From contig CBEUCH010000009.1 of the NCBI GenBank assembly GCA_965541585.1, forward strand, positions 1-64,000: a DNA stretch of 64,000 bases. The letters run 5' to 3'. The DNA comes from an uncultured bacterium (lineage in GTDB: Bacteria > Zixibacteria > MSB-5A5 > UBA10806). A program made the translations under genes and the position numbers. Shown piece after piece: positions 1-8,868 of the stretch. Within the stretch, counting starts at the first letter, position 1; the number at the start of each line of letters is the position of its first letter. Below the pieces are notes generated by a model. The model was not told the origin of the DNA, made no database searches, and saw nothing but the letters and a program-made list of their open reading frames with translations.

Positions 1-332
1 CCCGCATGGCCATGGGGGCGCTCAGGCCTAATGTCGTGGATTTTATGACTATTGCACGCCTCGAGGATGAAGATGGCCTCAGAATCGAGGAGGTGGTGGT
101 GTCCGATGGATCATCGCTAATCGGTAAATCTTTTGAGGAGCTTGATGTCCGGGCCAGATACGGATTGAACGTTATCGGCATTAAGAGACGCGATGGCAAA
201 ATGGTTTATAATCCGCCTGCGGAACAGGTAATAGAAGGCGGCGATACTCTGATTATGGCAGGCGGCGGAGATCAACTGTCCAAAATCGATGAACTCTGCG
301 CACCGGTTGACCAACGGGAAAGCGCGCCATAA
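1..332 (+). CDS. TrkA-C (RCK C-terminal) domain of a potassium channel/transport protein, 5' truncated by the window edge
   Basis: IEEVVVSDGSSLIGKSFEELDVRARYGLNVIGIKR...NPPAEQVIEGGDTLI is a typical TrkA-C pattern. Confidence 0.85.
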   Translation, partial: RMAMGALRPNVVDFMTIARLEDEDGLRIEEVVVSDGSSLIGKSFEELDVRARYGLNVIGIKRRDGKMVYNPPAEQVIEGGDTLIMAGGGDQLSKIDELCAPVDQRESAP

Positions 333-340
333 TATAAAAG

Positions 341-1240
341 TTGTCAAACAGATCATCCGGAATACAGCCGGGCCTGGGCGCCCTGATGCTTATCGCAGCT
401 GTATTTTTTGTCAGCTGGGCTGCAATATTGATCCGGATCTCCGAATCGGCTCCCACCACTATAGCTTTTTTCAGAATGTTCTTTTCGACTATTATGGTTG
501 GTTTCGCATTGCCTTTTTATCGAAAGAAATGGTTCCATAGAAGCTCGGATTTCTGGGTATCAGTTTTGTCCGGCATCTTTCTCGGCTTCCATTTTTACCT
601 CTGGATCGCCTCCTTGAAATTCACGTCGATATCGTCGTCGGTAATGCTGGTCACCACTCAGCCTGTTTTCGTGGCCGCTCTTGGATATATCTTCCTGAAA
701 GAAGGCATCGGTAAAATAGGCCTGGTGGCCATCATCTTCGCCATGATCGGCAGTTATCTTATAGCCAGGGGAGACCTGGCCATAGACAGCGTCCATCTCA
801 AGGGAGATGTTCTGGCGGTCGGGGGAGCGCTGGCCGCAGGTTTATATCTGTTTATGGGACGGTTCGTCCGGCCGCGTGTCGATCTGATCCCATACGTCTT
901 TACGGTTTACGGTATTGCATCGGTCACTATTTTAGTTCTCGGTATCGTCAGCGGTTCACTGCATGCCCCGGCGGTCGGGAGCGATTACCTGATATTCTTC
1001 CTTCTTGCCCTGGGCCCCACGATTTTAGGTCATAATGTTTATAATTACGCACTTCGTCACATGCCGGCCTTCCCGGTCGGTATGTCCATTCTCGGCGAGC
1101 CGGTTCTGGCGACCATCTGGGCAATGATTATATTCAAAGAATACCCGATAATATCCACCATCATCGGCGGCGCGATCATTATATTGTCCGTGATAATGGT
1201 GATGATCAGGCTGAAAACCGGGCAGGAGCCGGCGGCATGA
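341..1240 (+). CDS. EamA/DMT family transporter
   Basis: About 10 hydrophobic helices; TTQPVFVAALGYIFLKE and GEPVLATIWAMIIFKE repeat motifs. Confidence 0.9.
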   Translation: MSNRSSGIQPGLGALMLIAAVFFVSWAAILIRISESAPTTIAFFRMFFSTIMVGFALPFYRKKWFHRSSDFWVSVLSGIFLGFHFYLWIASLKFTSISSSVMLVTTQPVFVAALGYIFLKEGIGKIGLVAIIFAMIGSYLIARGDLAIDSVHLKGDVLAVGGALAAGLYLFMGRFVRPRVDLIPYVFTVYGIASVTILVLGIVSGSLHAPAVGSDYLIFFLLALGPTILGHNVYNYALRHMPAFPVGMSILGEPVLATIWAMIIFKEYPIISTIIGGAIIILSVIMVMIRLKTGQEPAA

Positions 1241-1887
1241 AAAAGGGCGTTTTGATAAGCTTCGAGGGGCTTGACAAGGTCGGCAAGTCGACCCAGGTGA
1301 AGCAACTGCTCAAGCATCTGAAAAAAAGCGGAGTCGATCCGACACTGGTGCGTGAGCCGGGTTCCACCGAGGTCTCCGAGAGAATACGGGAGATCCTGGC
1401 CGATAGATCCCTGGTCGGCAAGATCTCACCGTTGACAGAATTCCTGCTCTATTCGGCCAGCCGCGCCCAGTTGGTGGCCGAGACGATCAAGCCGGCCTTG
1501 GAGAGGGGAGAGGTCGTTATTACAGATAGGTATTATGACTCATCAACCGCCTACCAGGGTTACGGCCGCGGAATGGATATCGGCTTTATAGAAACCGTCA
1601 ATATGGTATCCACAGATCACCTGGTTCCCGATCTGACCATACTGCTGGTGGCGGATAAATCCATCTCCAATTCCAAAAAGAATATCAAGCGATTCAGCCC
1701 CGATTTGTTCGATGATCGCCTGGAGCGGGAGTTTCTGGCGTTCAGGAAGAAGGTTCAGGCGGGATTTCTGAAGATAGCAAAAAGAGAAAAGAAACGTTTC
1801 CTGGTTATAGACGCTTCCGAGAAGAAATCCGGGATCGCCAAAAAGATAGCTGTCGGCGTCGATGAGCTGTTGAAGCATGAAAAATAG
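1237..1887 (+). CDS. tmk: Thymidylate (dTMP) kinase
   Basis: P-loop FEGLDKVGKSTQ, REPG, LLYSASRAQ, TDRYYDSSTAYQG. Confidence 0.95.
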   Translation: MKKGVLISFEGLDKVGKSTQVKQLLKHLKKSGVDPTLVREPGSTEVSERIREILADRSLVGKISPLTEFLLYSASRAQLVAETIKPALERGEVVITDRYYDSSTAYQGYGRGMDIGFIETVNMVSTDHLVPDLTILLVADKSISNSKKNIKRFSPDLFDDRLEREFLAFRKKVQAGFLKIAKREKKRFLVIDASEKKSGIAKKIAVGVDELLKHEK

Positions 1888-1904
1888 AGGGACAGGGAGG
1901 AGAT

Positions 1905-2615
1905 ATGAAAAGCGAAAATGGCCGCGGTCTTAATCCCAAACTGATCATCGGGCTGGCGATCATTCTGATCGGTGTGCTGGCGTTACTCGCAAATCTCGGG
2001 TTTGATACCGACATCGGCATCTGGGATTACTGGCCTGTTATCCTGATTCTGATCGGTCTCAGCGTCATACTCCAGCCGGCCGAGTACAGAAATGCTTTTG
2101 CCGGATCTATTTTCGTTGTCATCGGAATTTTATTTCTGCTTGATAATTTCTATATAATCGATTTCGGATTCAACCTGCTCTGGCCGGTTCTTCTTATCCT
2201 GGTTGGCGTAGCGATCGTCAAACACGGAGTCGGCCGCGGGAGAGGGGTTTTGTTTGATGCCGAACATATCAATCTCATGGCCATACTGGGAGGAGGGGAT
2301 CACAACTATACATCCAAATCCCTTAAAGGCGGAAGGATATTCGCATTCATGGGGGGAGGTAAGTTGAATCTCACGGAGGCCGATATGCTCGAGGATTCTA
2401 TGGTCATTGATGTATTCGCCATGATGGGTGGCGTGGAAATAAAGGTCCCGATTGGATGGCAGGTAACAATGCATGGTATTCCGATACTTGGCGGGATGGA
2501 CAACAAAACCTCCTCTATATCAGATGACGATAAAGCCGCGGCGCGACCTACACCGGGCAAAAGTCTTATTATCAAAGGCATTGCCATCATGGGTGGCGTC
2601 GAGGTGAAAAACTGA
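1905..2615 (+). CDS. LiaF-like membrane protein (DUF5668 TM region plus DUF2154-like beta C-terminus)
   Basis: Four N-terminal TM helices with WPVILILIG repeats; C-terminal AFMGGG/AMMGGVEIKVP/AIMGGVEVK repeats. Confidence 0.8.
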   Translation: MKSENGRGLNPKLIIGLAIILIGVLALLANLGFDTDIGIWDYWPVILILIGLSVILQPAEYRNAFAGSIFVVIGILFLLDNFYIIDFGFNLLWPVLLILVGVAIVKHGVGRGRGVLFDAEHINLMAILGGGDHNYTSKSLKGGRIFAFMGGGKLNLTEADMLEDSMVIDVFAMMGGVEIKVPIGWQVTMHGIPILGGMDNKTSSISDDDKAAARPTPGKSLIIKGIAIMGGVEVKN

Positions 2616-2686
2616 TATAACGAGCATATCTCCCACCGGCGGCTGAGTCCGACCGGTAGGATATTGCAGGATATGACGATAACCGG

Positions 2687-2713
2687 TAAAGGCTGATCAA
2701 ATCCTGCCGATAC
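2687..2713 (+). promoter_or_regulatory. Sigma-28 (FliA/WhiG)-like promoter
   Basis: TAAA-N15-GCCGATAC against consensus TAAA-N15-GCCGATAA, 41 nt upstream of the 2755 ATG. Confidence 0.45.
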
Positions 2714-2754
2714 AATCACTGGATTTAAAGATATATCCTTAGCAGGGGGGATTT

Positions 2755-3027
2755 ATGCTTATCTGGAGTATTGTGCTTTTGGTCCTTGGAATTCTGGCCG
2801 TTATTGATTCCCAGGTTAATTATGGCCAAATTTTTCGAAGCGCCAATTCAATCTTGTTTATGCTTCTGGCGCTTGGCGTTCTGATCAGAACAAAAATACT
2901 GGGAACCAGGGGATTTAGAGAACGGCTTGTTAGAAAAAACTTAGAGTTGGAGGCCAGAGTTGAAGAATTAGAACGCGCTCTCGGTCTATTAAAAAAGCAA
3001 GAGGTTGAACAGAACGTTCCCGTATAA
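2755..3027 (+). CDS. Small hypothetical membrane protein (2 TM plus coiled coil)
   Basis: Strong RBS (GGGGGA), two hydrophobic segments, heptad-rich C-terminus. Confidence 0.7.
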   Translation: MLIWSIVLLVLGILAVIDSQVNYGQIFRSANSILFMLLALGVLIRTKILGTRGFRERLVRKNLELEARVEELERALGLLKKQEVEQNVPV

Positions 3028-3137
3028 AAATCCCATTTTTCTCTCTTTTCCTGCATTTTGAATTATCTCGTTTATCAGTATGCCATATTGCCTTCGGATC
3101 AACTCCCGACCGTTTGGAATTGAATAAAGGTGCTAAC

Positions 3138-3166
3138 GTACGGACACAACATTGTTCTGTCCCTAC
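3138..3166 (-). repeat. GTAG-type REP-like hairpin
   Basis: Minus strand reads GTAGGGACAGAACAATGTTGTGTCCGTAC, an imperfect palindrome starting with GTAG. Confidence 0.65.
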
Positions 3167-3184
3167 AAATATTGCCGTGGTTGG

Positions 3185-3259
3185 GTGTGGCAATCCCAAA
3201 CTCGTTTGGGATTTAACAACATATAAATGCACCCCCAAACAAGTTTGAGGGTGCCACCC
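3185..3259. repeat. REP doublet (REPIN-like), copy 1
   Basis: GTGTGGCAATCCCAAACTCGTTTGGGATT + 16-nt spacer + CACCCCCAAACAAGTTTGAGGGTGCCACCC; both arms identical to those at 5814-5887. Confidence 0.85.
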
Positions 3260-3284
3260 GCCGGGTCAGGCGACCCGACACCAC
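3260..3284 (-). repeat. GTGG-type REP-like hairpin
   Basis: Minus strand reads GTGG-T-GTCGGGTC-GCCT-GACCCGGC. Confidence 0.6.
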
Positions 3285-3395
3285 GGCATGACACGCGGCC
3301 TACCCCCAAAAATTATATTGACACCGAGGGCTATATTCACTTTCTTGCATCATCCCCGCCGTAGGCGGGATTCCCACCCCCCGGGAATATGAGAA

Positions 3396-3944
3396 ATGAG
3401 GTATGATATGGCTTTCTTGGTTTATGAAATTTCAAAGGCCAAGCTGGGTATGGATTTCAGAAATCCTGAACCGCTAAAGGTTAATATCCTCGCAGCAATT
3501 CTAATCGATTATCTAAGACGCGGAAACGTCAAGAAATCGCAGATTTTTACATGGCATATTAATCAGAATGAGATATTGACAAATCTCGAGTTTGATCCCC
3601 AAAAACATGCCTTTGTTATTGATGTAAAACCTGACGTTAAGAATAACGTATCCATATGCAAATTACAGGATATTTGGGGATATTCTAATGATTGGTGGAC
3701 TCCAGTATTAATTAGATTGGAATCTATTTTTATAGATAAAAAGAGTATCGATCACTCAACATTTAAGAGAGCATTTAATGACTCTGAGGCTGAAAGAGAG
3801 GTTCTCCATGAGATCTTGTATTTAGATGCAGGAACGCATTACGGGAAGCGACGATGGGGGAAAACGGGCTATGTTAATGCCGCTCTTCTCTGGCCTGAGG
3901 TCTTAAGTCATTTCTGTTCAATTATAGAAGAAAATCCGTTTTAG
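3396..3944 (+). CDS. Hypothetical protein (AT-rich island); start may be the ATG at 3408
   Basis: 182-aa ORF with AT-rich codon usage; no motif recognised. Confidence 0.65.
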   Translation: MRYDMAFLVYEISKAKLGMDFRNPEPLKVNILAAILIDYLRRGNVKKSQIFTWHINQNEILTNLEFDPQKHAFVIDVKPDVKNNVSICKLQDIWGYSNDWWTPVLIRLESIFIDKKSIDHSTFKRAFNDSEAEREVLHEILYLDAGTHYGKRRWGKTGYVNAALLWPEVLSHFCSIIEENPF

Positions 3945-4091
3945 CCAAAATGGAGCAATAACTAAATGCCAGGATAATGAAGATAAATCTCCCCCCGGGC
4001 GGAGCGGACCGTAACCCGGCGGAAAAGGAATGGAGGTAAGGTAACAACTATTCACTTAACATTGCGAGGGTAGAAAGGGCGTAGAAAAAAA

Positions 4092-5096
4092 ATGACAGTA
4101 CGGGGATTTGTCAGAACGCTGGCTGCCGCTCAAAGAAGAGCCGAGCGAGAGGCCCATAGAAGGCAAAGAGAACTTCTAAGGCAGCAAAAAGAATATGATA
4201 AAATGATGGCGCTTGAACGAGATCAATATGAAGTCGAAGTCTATGAAAATACTATTGATCTTCTAACGTCCATTCATAAAGATTGCGCAGGCTTTTGGGA
4301 TTGGGGCCAAATCGCCAATACCCCTCCACCAGAGAAGCCTCTTAAGAGCAATACACAGGAAAATAAAGCTATGGAGGCACTAAGTAATTATAAGCCCAGT
4401 ATTTTTGACAAGATCTTCAAAAATGTCGAAAAGAAGACAGGGAAATTGAAAGATAAAATTGATGAAGCTAGAAGACAAGATGCAAGTGATTATAAAATTG
4501 AAATCCAAAAATACGAAAAAGATCGTGAAGAGTGGGAATCAATTGTTAGGGTTGGCAAAGGTGTACTAAATGGCGATATAAAGATGCACATTGAAGCGAT
4601 AAAATTATCGAATCCTTTTGATGATATTGAATTGTTGGGATCTACAATGGATTTTGAGCCAATAGATTCTTCCAAAATGTGCGTAACTTTTAACGCAAAT
4701 GATACCGATGTAATCCCGAAGACGAAGAAATCACTAACAAAAACCAGCAAGTTGTCAACACGGGAGATGCCTATTGGGCAGGTGAACCAGCTTTATCAGG
4801 ATTATGTATGCGGCTGCGCGTTGCGAATCGGACGAGAACTGTTTTCTCTATTGCCGCTGAATCTAATAATTGTAACCGTGCTCGGGTCAATTCTCGATAG
4901 TGCAACAGGCCATGTTGAAGATAAACCCATATTATCAGTGGGACTGATCAGAGATACTTTGGAAGCACTAAATTTCGACGCTATCGATCCCTCTGATTCG
5001 ATGAGGAATTTTAAGCACAATATGGCTTTTAAGAAAACGGCCGGGTTCGCACCGGTAAATGCGATGGACGTTTATGATTTTAATTTTCGAAATTAG
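4092..5096 (+). CDS. Hypothetical protein: N-terminal coiled coil plus a C-terminal domain resembling that of DUF4236-type proteins and the N-terminal half of some Mrr-fused proteins
   Basis: AAAQRRAEREAHRRQRE coiled coil; LYQDYVCGCALRIGRELF...DSATGH...ILSV...IDPSDSMRNFKHNMAFKK pattern, recalled by eye. Confidence 0.6.
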   Translation: MTVRGFVRTLAAAQRRAEREAHRRQRELLRQQKEYDKMMALERDQYEVEVYENTIDLLTSIHKDCAGFWDWGQIANTPPPEKPLKSNTQENKAMEALSNYKPSIFDKIFKNVEKKTGKLKDKIDEARRQDASDYKIEIQKYEKDREEWESIVRVGKGVLNGDIKMHIEAIKLSNPFDDIELLGSTMDFEPIDSSKMCVTFNANDTDVIPKTKKSLTKTSKLSTREMPIGQVNQLYQDYVCGCALRIGRELFSLLPLNLIIVTVLGSILDSATGHVEDKPILSVGLIRDTLEALNFDAIDPSDSMRNFKHNMAFKKTAGFAPVNAMDVYDFNFRN

Positions 5097-5168
5097 GGTC
5101 CGGCAGGATGTCATTTAATTGCCATCTTGATGCATGAAAACTTTCTGGATTTTATGTGAGGTAATTAA

Positions 5169-5603
5169 ATGGCAGTGACTTCTTTCTTGGCAATTTGGGG
5201 GGCCATTTTATCTACTGTTGCAGTTACTTGGAATATAATCCGGGATAGAAATGATAAGGGCAAAATAAGATTGACGGGCTATATTGGAAAAGTAATTCCT
5301 GGCAATCCTGAGGAAAGGAAACTTGTAGTCACTATAACCAATATTGGTCGAAGACCTATTCGAATAACCGGATGGGGAGCAACAAAAAAGAAACAGGCAA
5401 TAGACAAAAGGTGCTTATTTATCCTAGGACGGCATTTACCCGTAACATTAAAGGAAGGGGATGAAGTCGTAGAAATAAATGATGATCTTACCTTACTTTC
5501 TGAAGATATCAAAACTCTGTATGCAATTGACTCGACAAGCAAGATGTGGAAAATGAAGGAAAAATATTTCAAAGGCATAGTATTAGAAATGCAGAAAACT
5601 TAA
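5169..5603 (+). CDS. Hypothetical protein with N-terminal membrane anchor (AT-rich island)
   Basis: RBS GAGGT; N-terminal hydrophobic helix; VTITNIGRRPI beta-rich motif. Confidence 0.7.
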   Translation: MAVTSFLAIWGAILSTVAVTWNIIRDRNDKGKIRLTGYIGKVIPGNPEERKLVVTITNIGRRPIRITGWGATKKKQAIDKRCLFILGRHLPVTLKEGDEVVEINDDLTLLSEDIKTLYAIDSTSKMWKMKEKYFKGIVLEMQKT

Positions 5604-5717
5604 AAACTCTGGTAAAATACAGTAATAAATGTGCCGAGCTTTCGTTGTTTACAACCACAGAGTATTTTCGGCACAAGGTTTCTGACGGCTCTTTTCACCC
5701 CACCTCCCCCAGCCCCC

Positions 5718-5970
5718 CCCCATGTCCCATTCTGGGCAATCACTCCATTGCAGACTGCAACAAATCCAACTGCAGACCTGTTCATCCATAAGCCGCATAA
5801 TTATTAGTATGGAGTGTGGCAATCCCAAACTCGTTTGGGATTGAGATAAACAAAATACACCCCCAAACAAGTTTGAGGGTGCCACCCCTGTACCATTATG
5901 GCGATTCCCCCTATTGCAGACTGCAACAAATTTAACGCAAACCTGTTCATCCGTAAGCCGCATAATAATT
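5718..5970. repeat. Imperfect ~85-bp direct repeat (5718-5805 and 5885-5970), each copy with the palindrome TTGCAG-A-CTGCAA
   Basis: ATTGCAGACTGCAACAAAT...ACCTGTTCATCCRTAAGCCGCATAAT occurs twice, flanking the REP doublet. Confidence 0.8.
5814..5887. repeat. REP doublet (REPIN-like), copy 2
   Basis: 29-bp and 30-bp arms identical to 3185-3259, with a different 15-nt spacer. Confidence 0.85.
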
Positions 5971-6019
5971 TAAGACGATAAGATAACGGTATGGCGCAGT
6001 ATGCGCCTGCCGGATAAAT

Positions 6020-7666
6020 ATGAATATATTCTCCAAAATATTCAAAGTCTTGAGCAAGTACGGCTGGGGCACGACGCTGGTATTGCTGGCTATCTTCGCG
6101 GTCGGCTTCACCTGGTCGTCATCGGATAAGCTCTACAGCAACATCCGCGTCTTCGACCGCATAGCGCTTTTAGTCAGCCAGAACTACCTTCTGGATCTCG
6201 ATGAGACGAAGCTGGTGCGGGCCGGTATCGACGGCATGCTCACGAAGCTGGACAAATATACGAAATACCTGGAGGGCAGCGATTACCTGCATCTGAAGCA
6301 GGAGACCGACGGGCGGTTCTATGGTATCGGCGTTTACCTGGAGTACCATCATGATACCCTGACGGTGACCTCGGTGCAGGAGGGCACACCCGGCTATCGA
6401 GCGGGGATCAAACCGGGAGACAGGCTCATCGAAATCGATTCGGTTCAAACCGCGGGCCTGGATAAAACGGAAATCAGAACGTTGATGGCAGGTCCGGTGG
6501 GCAGCCGTATCATGCTCCGCATCAGTCGCCCCGGCGACCGTGAATACGACGTGTTTGCCGAGCGCGCCGAGGTGGAAGTGGTAGCCATCCCATATTATAC
6601 CATGCTGACCGAGAAGGTCGGCTATGCCCGGATGTTGCGTTTTTCCGAGGGTTGCTATAAGGAGTTGAGGGCGGCCGTCACCGATCTGAAAAAGCAGGGA
6701 ATGGAATCGTTTATATTCGATCTCCGGGATAACCCGGGCGGCCTGCTGTCGGAGGCCATCGAGGTTTCCAGCGCCTTCCTGCCCGCCAATTCTATTATAG
6801 TCGAGGCGCGCGGCAGACGGGAATTGTTGAAAGGTCTCTATGTTTCGCAAGACCTGCCCATATTTCCCGATGGCGATCTGGTGATTCTGGTGGATAGCCA
6901 GACCGCCAGCGCAGCAGAGATCGTCGCCGGTGCCATTCAGGATCACGACCGGGGCGTGGTTGTCGGGACCGAGACCTATGGGAAAGGGCTGGTTCAGCAG
7001 ATCCTCAAGCTCTCCGAACAGTCGGCGCTGAAAGTTACCACCTCTAAATATTACCTGCCGGCTGGCAGATGCCTGCAGAAACCGGACTGGTCGACATTCG
7101 AGCTGGTCTCCGGTGAGGTCGAGCCGCAAACTGATGAGCTGTTCGCCACCGACTCGGGCCGTCCCGTTTTCGGCGGCGGCGGCATCCTGCCGGACGTCTA
7201 TCTCGATGAAAAGACCGCATCGGATTTTGTCGAGGCTTTAAAACGCGAATCCTGTTTCTTCGATTTCGCCACCGTTTTTATCAAAGACCATCAGGTAACT
7301 ACCGGGCTGGAGATCGATGAGAATATCATGCAGGATTTTAAGGAATTTGTGGAGGAATCAAATTTCCGTTTCGAGGAGAAAGACCGAACGGCCTTCGACG
7401 ATTTCAAAAGCAACTTCACGGCTGCCGACAGCAAAACCGAGGAAGCGATGGAGGTTCTCGATCAGAAGCTCCTGTCGAAAGAGGAGTGGCTTTTCGAATC
7501 CAATTATCTCGAGATCGCCTGGAATCTGAAAGAATCGATCCTGCTTCAGGCCTTTGGTGAAGAGAATATCTACGAAATCTGGGTTTCGAATCAGCCCCAG
7601 ATCTCCGAGGCCGTCGATATTCTCTCCAACTCTCAAAAGTACAACTCTATCCTCGTCCAGCGCTGA
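6020..7666 (+). CDS. ctpA: Carboxyl-terminal processing protease (S41 family, PDZ domain)
   Basis: DLRDNPGGLL, TASAAEIVAGAIQDHDRG, TYGKGLVQ, PDZ GIGV motif. Confidence 0.93.
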   Translation: MNIFSKIFKVLSKYGWGTTLVLLAIFAVGFTWSSSDKLYSNIRVFDRIALLVSQNYLLDLDETKLVRAGIDGMLTKLDKYTKYLEGSDYLHLKQETDGRFYGIGVYLEYHHDTLTVTSVQEGTPGYRAGIKPGDRLIEIDSVQTAGLDKTEIRTLMAGPVGSRIMLRISRPGDREYDVFAERAEVEVVAIPYYTMLTEKVGYARMLRFSEGCYKELRAAVTDLKKQGMESFIFDLRDNPGGLLSEAIEVSSAFLPANSIIVEARGRRELLKGLYVSQDLPIFPDGDLVILVDSQTASAAEIVAGAIQDHDRGVVVGTETYGKGLVQQILKLSEQSALKVTTSKYYLPAGRCLQKPDWSTFELVSGEVEPQTDELFATDSGRPVFGGGGILPDVYLDEKTASDFVEALKRESCFFDFATVFIKDHQVTTGLEIDENIMQDFKEFVEESNFRFEEKDRTAFDDFKSNFTAADSKTEEAMEVLDQKLLSKEEWLFESNYLEIAWNLKESILLQAFGEENIYEIWVSNQPQISEAVDILSNSQKYNSILVQR

Positions 7667-7706
7667 TTCTTGCCTTTTAGCTACATTCATCATAAGTTGT
7701 CTCCCG

Positions 7707-8456
7707 ATGGAATTAGCCTATCTAATAGCGACCGGTTTTCTGGCCGGTTTCGTGGGCTCGCTTTTCGGCCTCGGCGGGGGGATAATTCTCGTCCCGGCGT
7801 TGACCCTGATATTCGGCATGCCGATGACGGAGGCGGTTGGAACCTCATTGATGGGCGTAGTGGCCGTCTCCACGGCCGCCGCCATAGATTTTTTGAAATC
7901 CGGAAGAGCCGATCTTGAACTGGGCCTGACCCTCGAAACTCTAACTGCTCTGGGCGCGCTGAGCGGGGGCTTGTTGGCCGCTGTAATCGCTGCCCGTTCC
8001 CTTTATATCTTGTTCGGCATCGTCTGCCTCTATGCGGCGTTCAATATGATTCGTCCGCGGAACAGGCTCTCAGAGAGTGAAGAAAGTACATATCCCGGAA
8101 ACAAATTAATCGGCTTGGGGCTGTCGTTTGCGGCGGGCAATATCTCCGGCTTGCTGGGGGTCGGGGGGGGCATCATGAAAGTGCCGCTTCTGAATCTGGT
8201 CATGGGCGTGCCGCTTAAGATCGCCACCGCAACCTCGAGCTATATGATAGGCATCACCGCCGCCACGGCCTCGATCATCTACCTGGTCAGGGGCGACGTC
8301 GATCTTTATAAAGCCGCAGTCATCATCCTGGGAATATTCTTTGGCAGCCGCTTGGGCGCATCGATCTCCTACAGAATCAATGTCCTTACGTTGCGATTGC
8401 TCTTCGTGGCTATTTTGCTTTATACCGCGTATAAAATGATATTAAGGGGTTTTTGA
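7707..8456 (+). CDS. TauE/SafE family sulfite exporter
   Basis: GSLFGLGGGIILVP and SGLLGVGGGIMKVP repeats; start at ATG 7707. Confidence 0.9.
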   Translation: MELAYLIATGFLAGFVGSLFGLGGGIILVPALTLIFGMPMTEAVGTSLMGVVAVSTAAAIDFLKSGRADLELGLTLETLTALGALSGGLLAAVIAARSLYILFGIVCLYAAFNMIRPRNRLSESEESTYPGNKLIGLGLSFAAGNISGLLGVGGGIMKVPLLNLVMGVPLKIATATSSYMIGITAATASIIYLVRGDVDLYKAAVIILGIFFGSRLGASISYRINVLTLRLLFVAILLYTAYKMILRGF

Positions 8457-8740
8457 TGGCGAATAATATGGGAAGTATCAACAAACTGACCGGTCGGTCA
8501 TTGAAGATTTTCGAATATACTGCCGTTTCTGTACTTTCGATGGCCGTTATTACTCATTTAGCAAGATTTTCAATCTCGAAAACTCTGGTGATTATCGGCA
8601 TCGGCCTGATGGCTATCGCTCCGCTTGCTGGCGTAATTACGGCCGGCGTGATTTCGTTCCGGTCGGGGAAGCATAGACTGTTCTATATGGCGACCATTAT
8701 CGTAGCCATTTATATTGCGGCATTCCTGGTGGCACGATGA
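8456..8740 (+). CDS. Small 3-TM membrane protein, probable TauE partner (DUF1634-like)
   Basis: Translationally coupled to tauE; GIGLMAIAPLAGV motif. Confidence 0.6.
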   Translation: MANNMGSINKLTGRSLKIFEYTAVSVLSMAVITHLARFSISKTLVIIGIGLMAIAPLAGVITAGVISFRSGKHRLFYMATIIVAIYIAAFLVAR

Positions 8741-8868
8741 AATGGAATGGATCCCCGAAGGCATCTCCAATGCCGTTCCCGTTCGATCCAAGCGTATGAT
8801 CAAAAGGTAGAATTGATATTGCTGCAACCTGCAATATGCGATAAGATTGTTGATGTGGAGGAGGATGG

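Noticed and set aside
3945..5168. Integron cassette array for the three co-oriented AT-rich genes
   Set aside because: No attC-like RYYYAAC...GTTRRRY inverted structure in the spacers and no integrase
5696..5721. C-rich tract (G-quadruplex potential on the minus strand)
   Set aside because: Single low-complexity tract with no supporting context; noted only as a boundary marker
3185..5887. Repeat-spacer-repeat pattern as a CRISPR array
   Set aside because: Only two units 2.6 kb apart, arms are inverted hairpins, spacers are 15-16 nt, and there are no cas genes; REP doublets fit better
6170..7129. 319-aa antisense ORF inside ctpA, and many other long antisense ORFs in the track
   Set aside because: Shadow frames of well-supported genes, with no motifs
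7554..7706. N-terminal extension of the TauE ORF (also track starts 14461, 45539, 58875, 59986)
   Set aside because: They overlap upstream genes or promoters; downstream starts match the family N-termini or an RBS better
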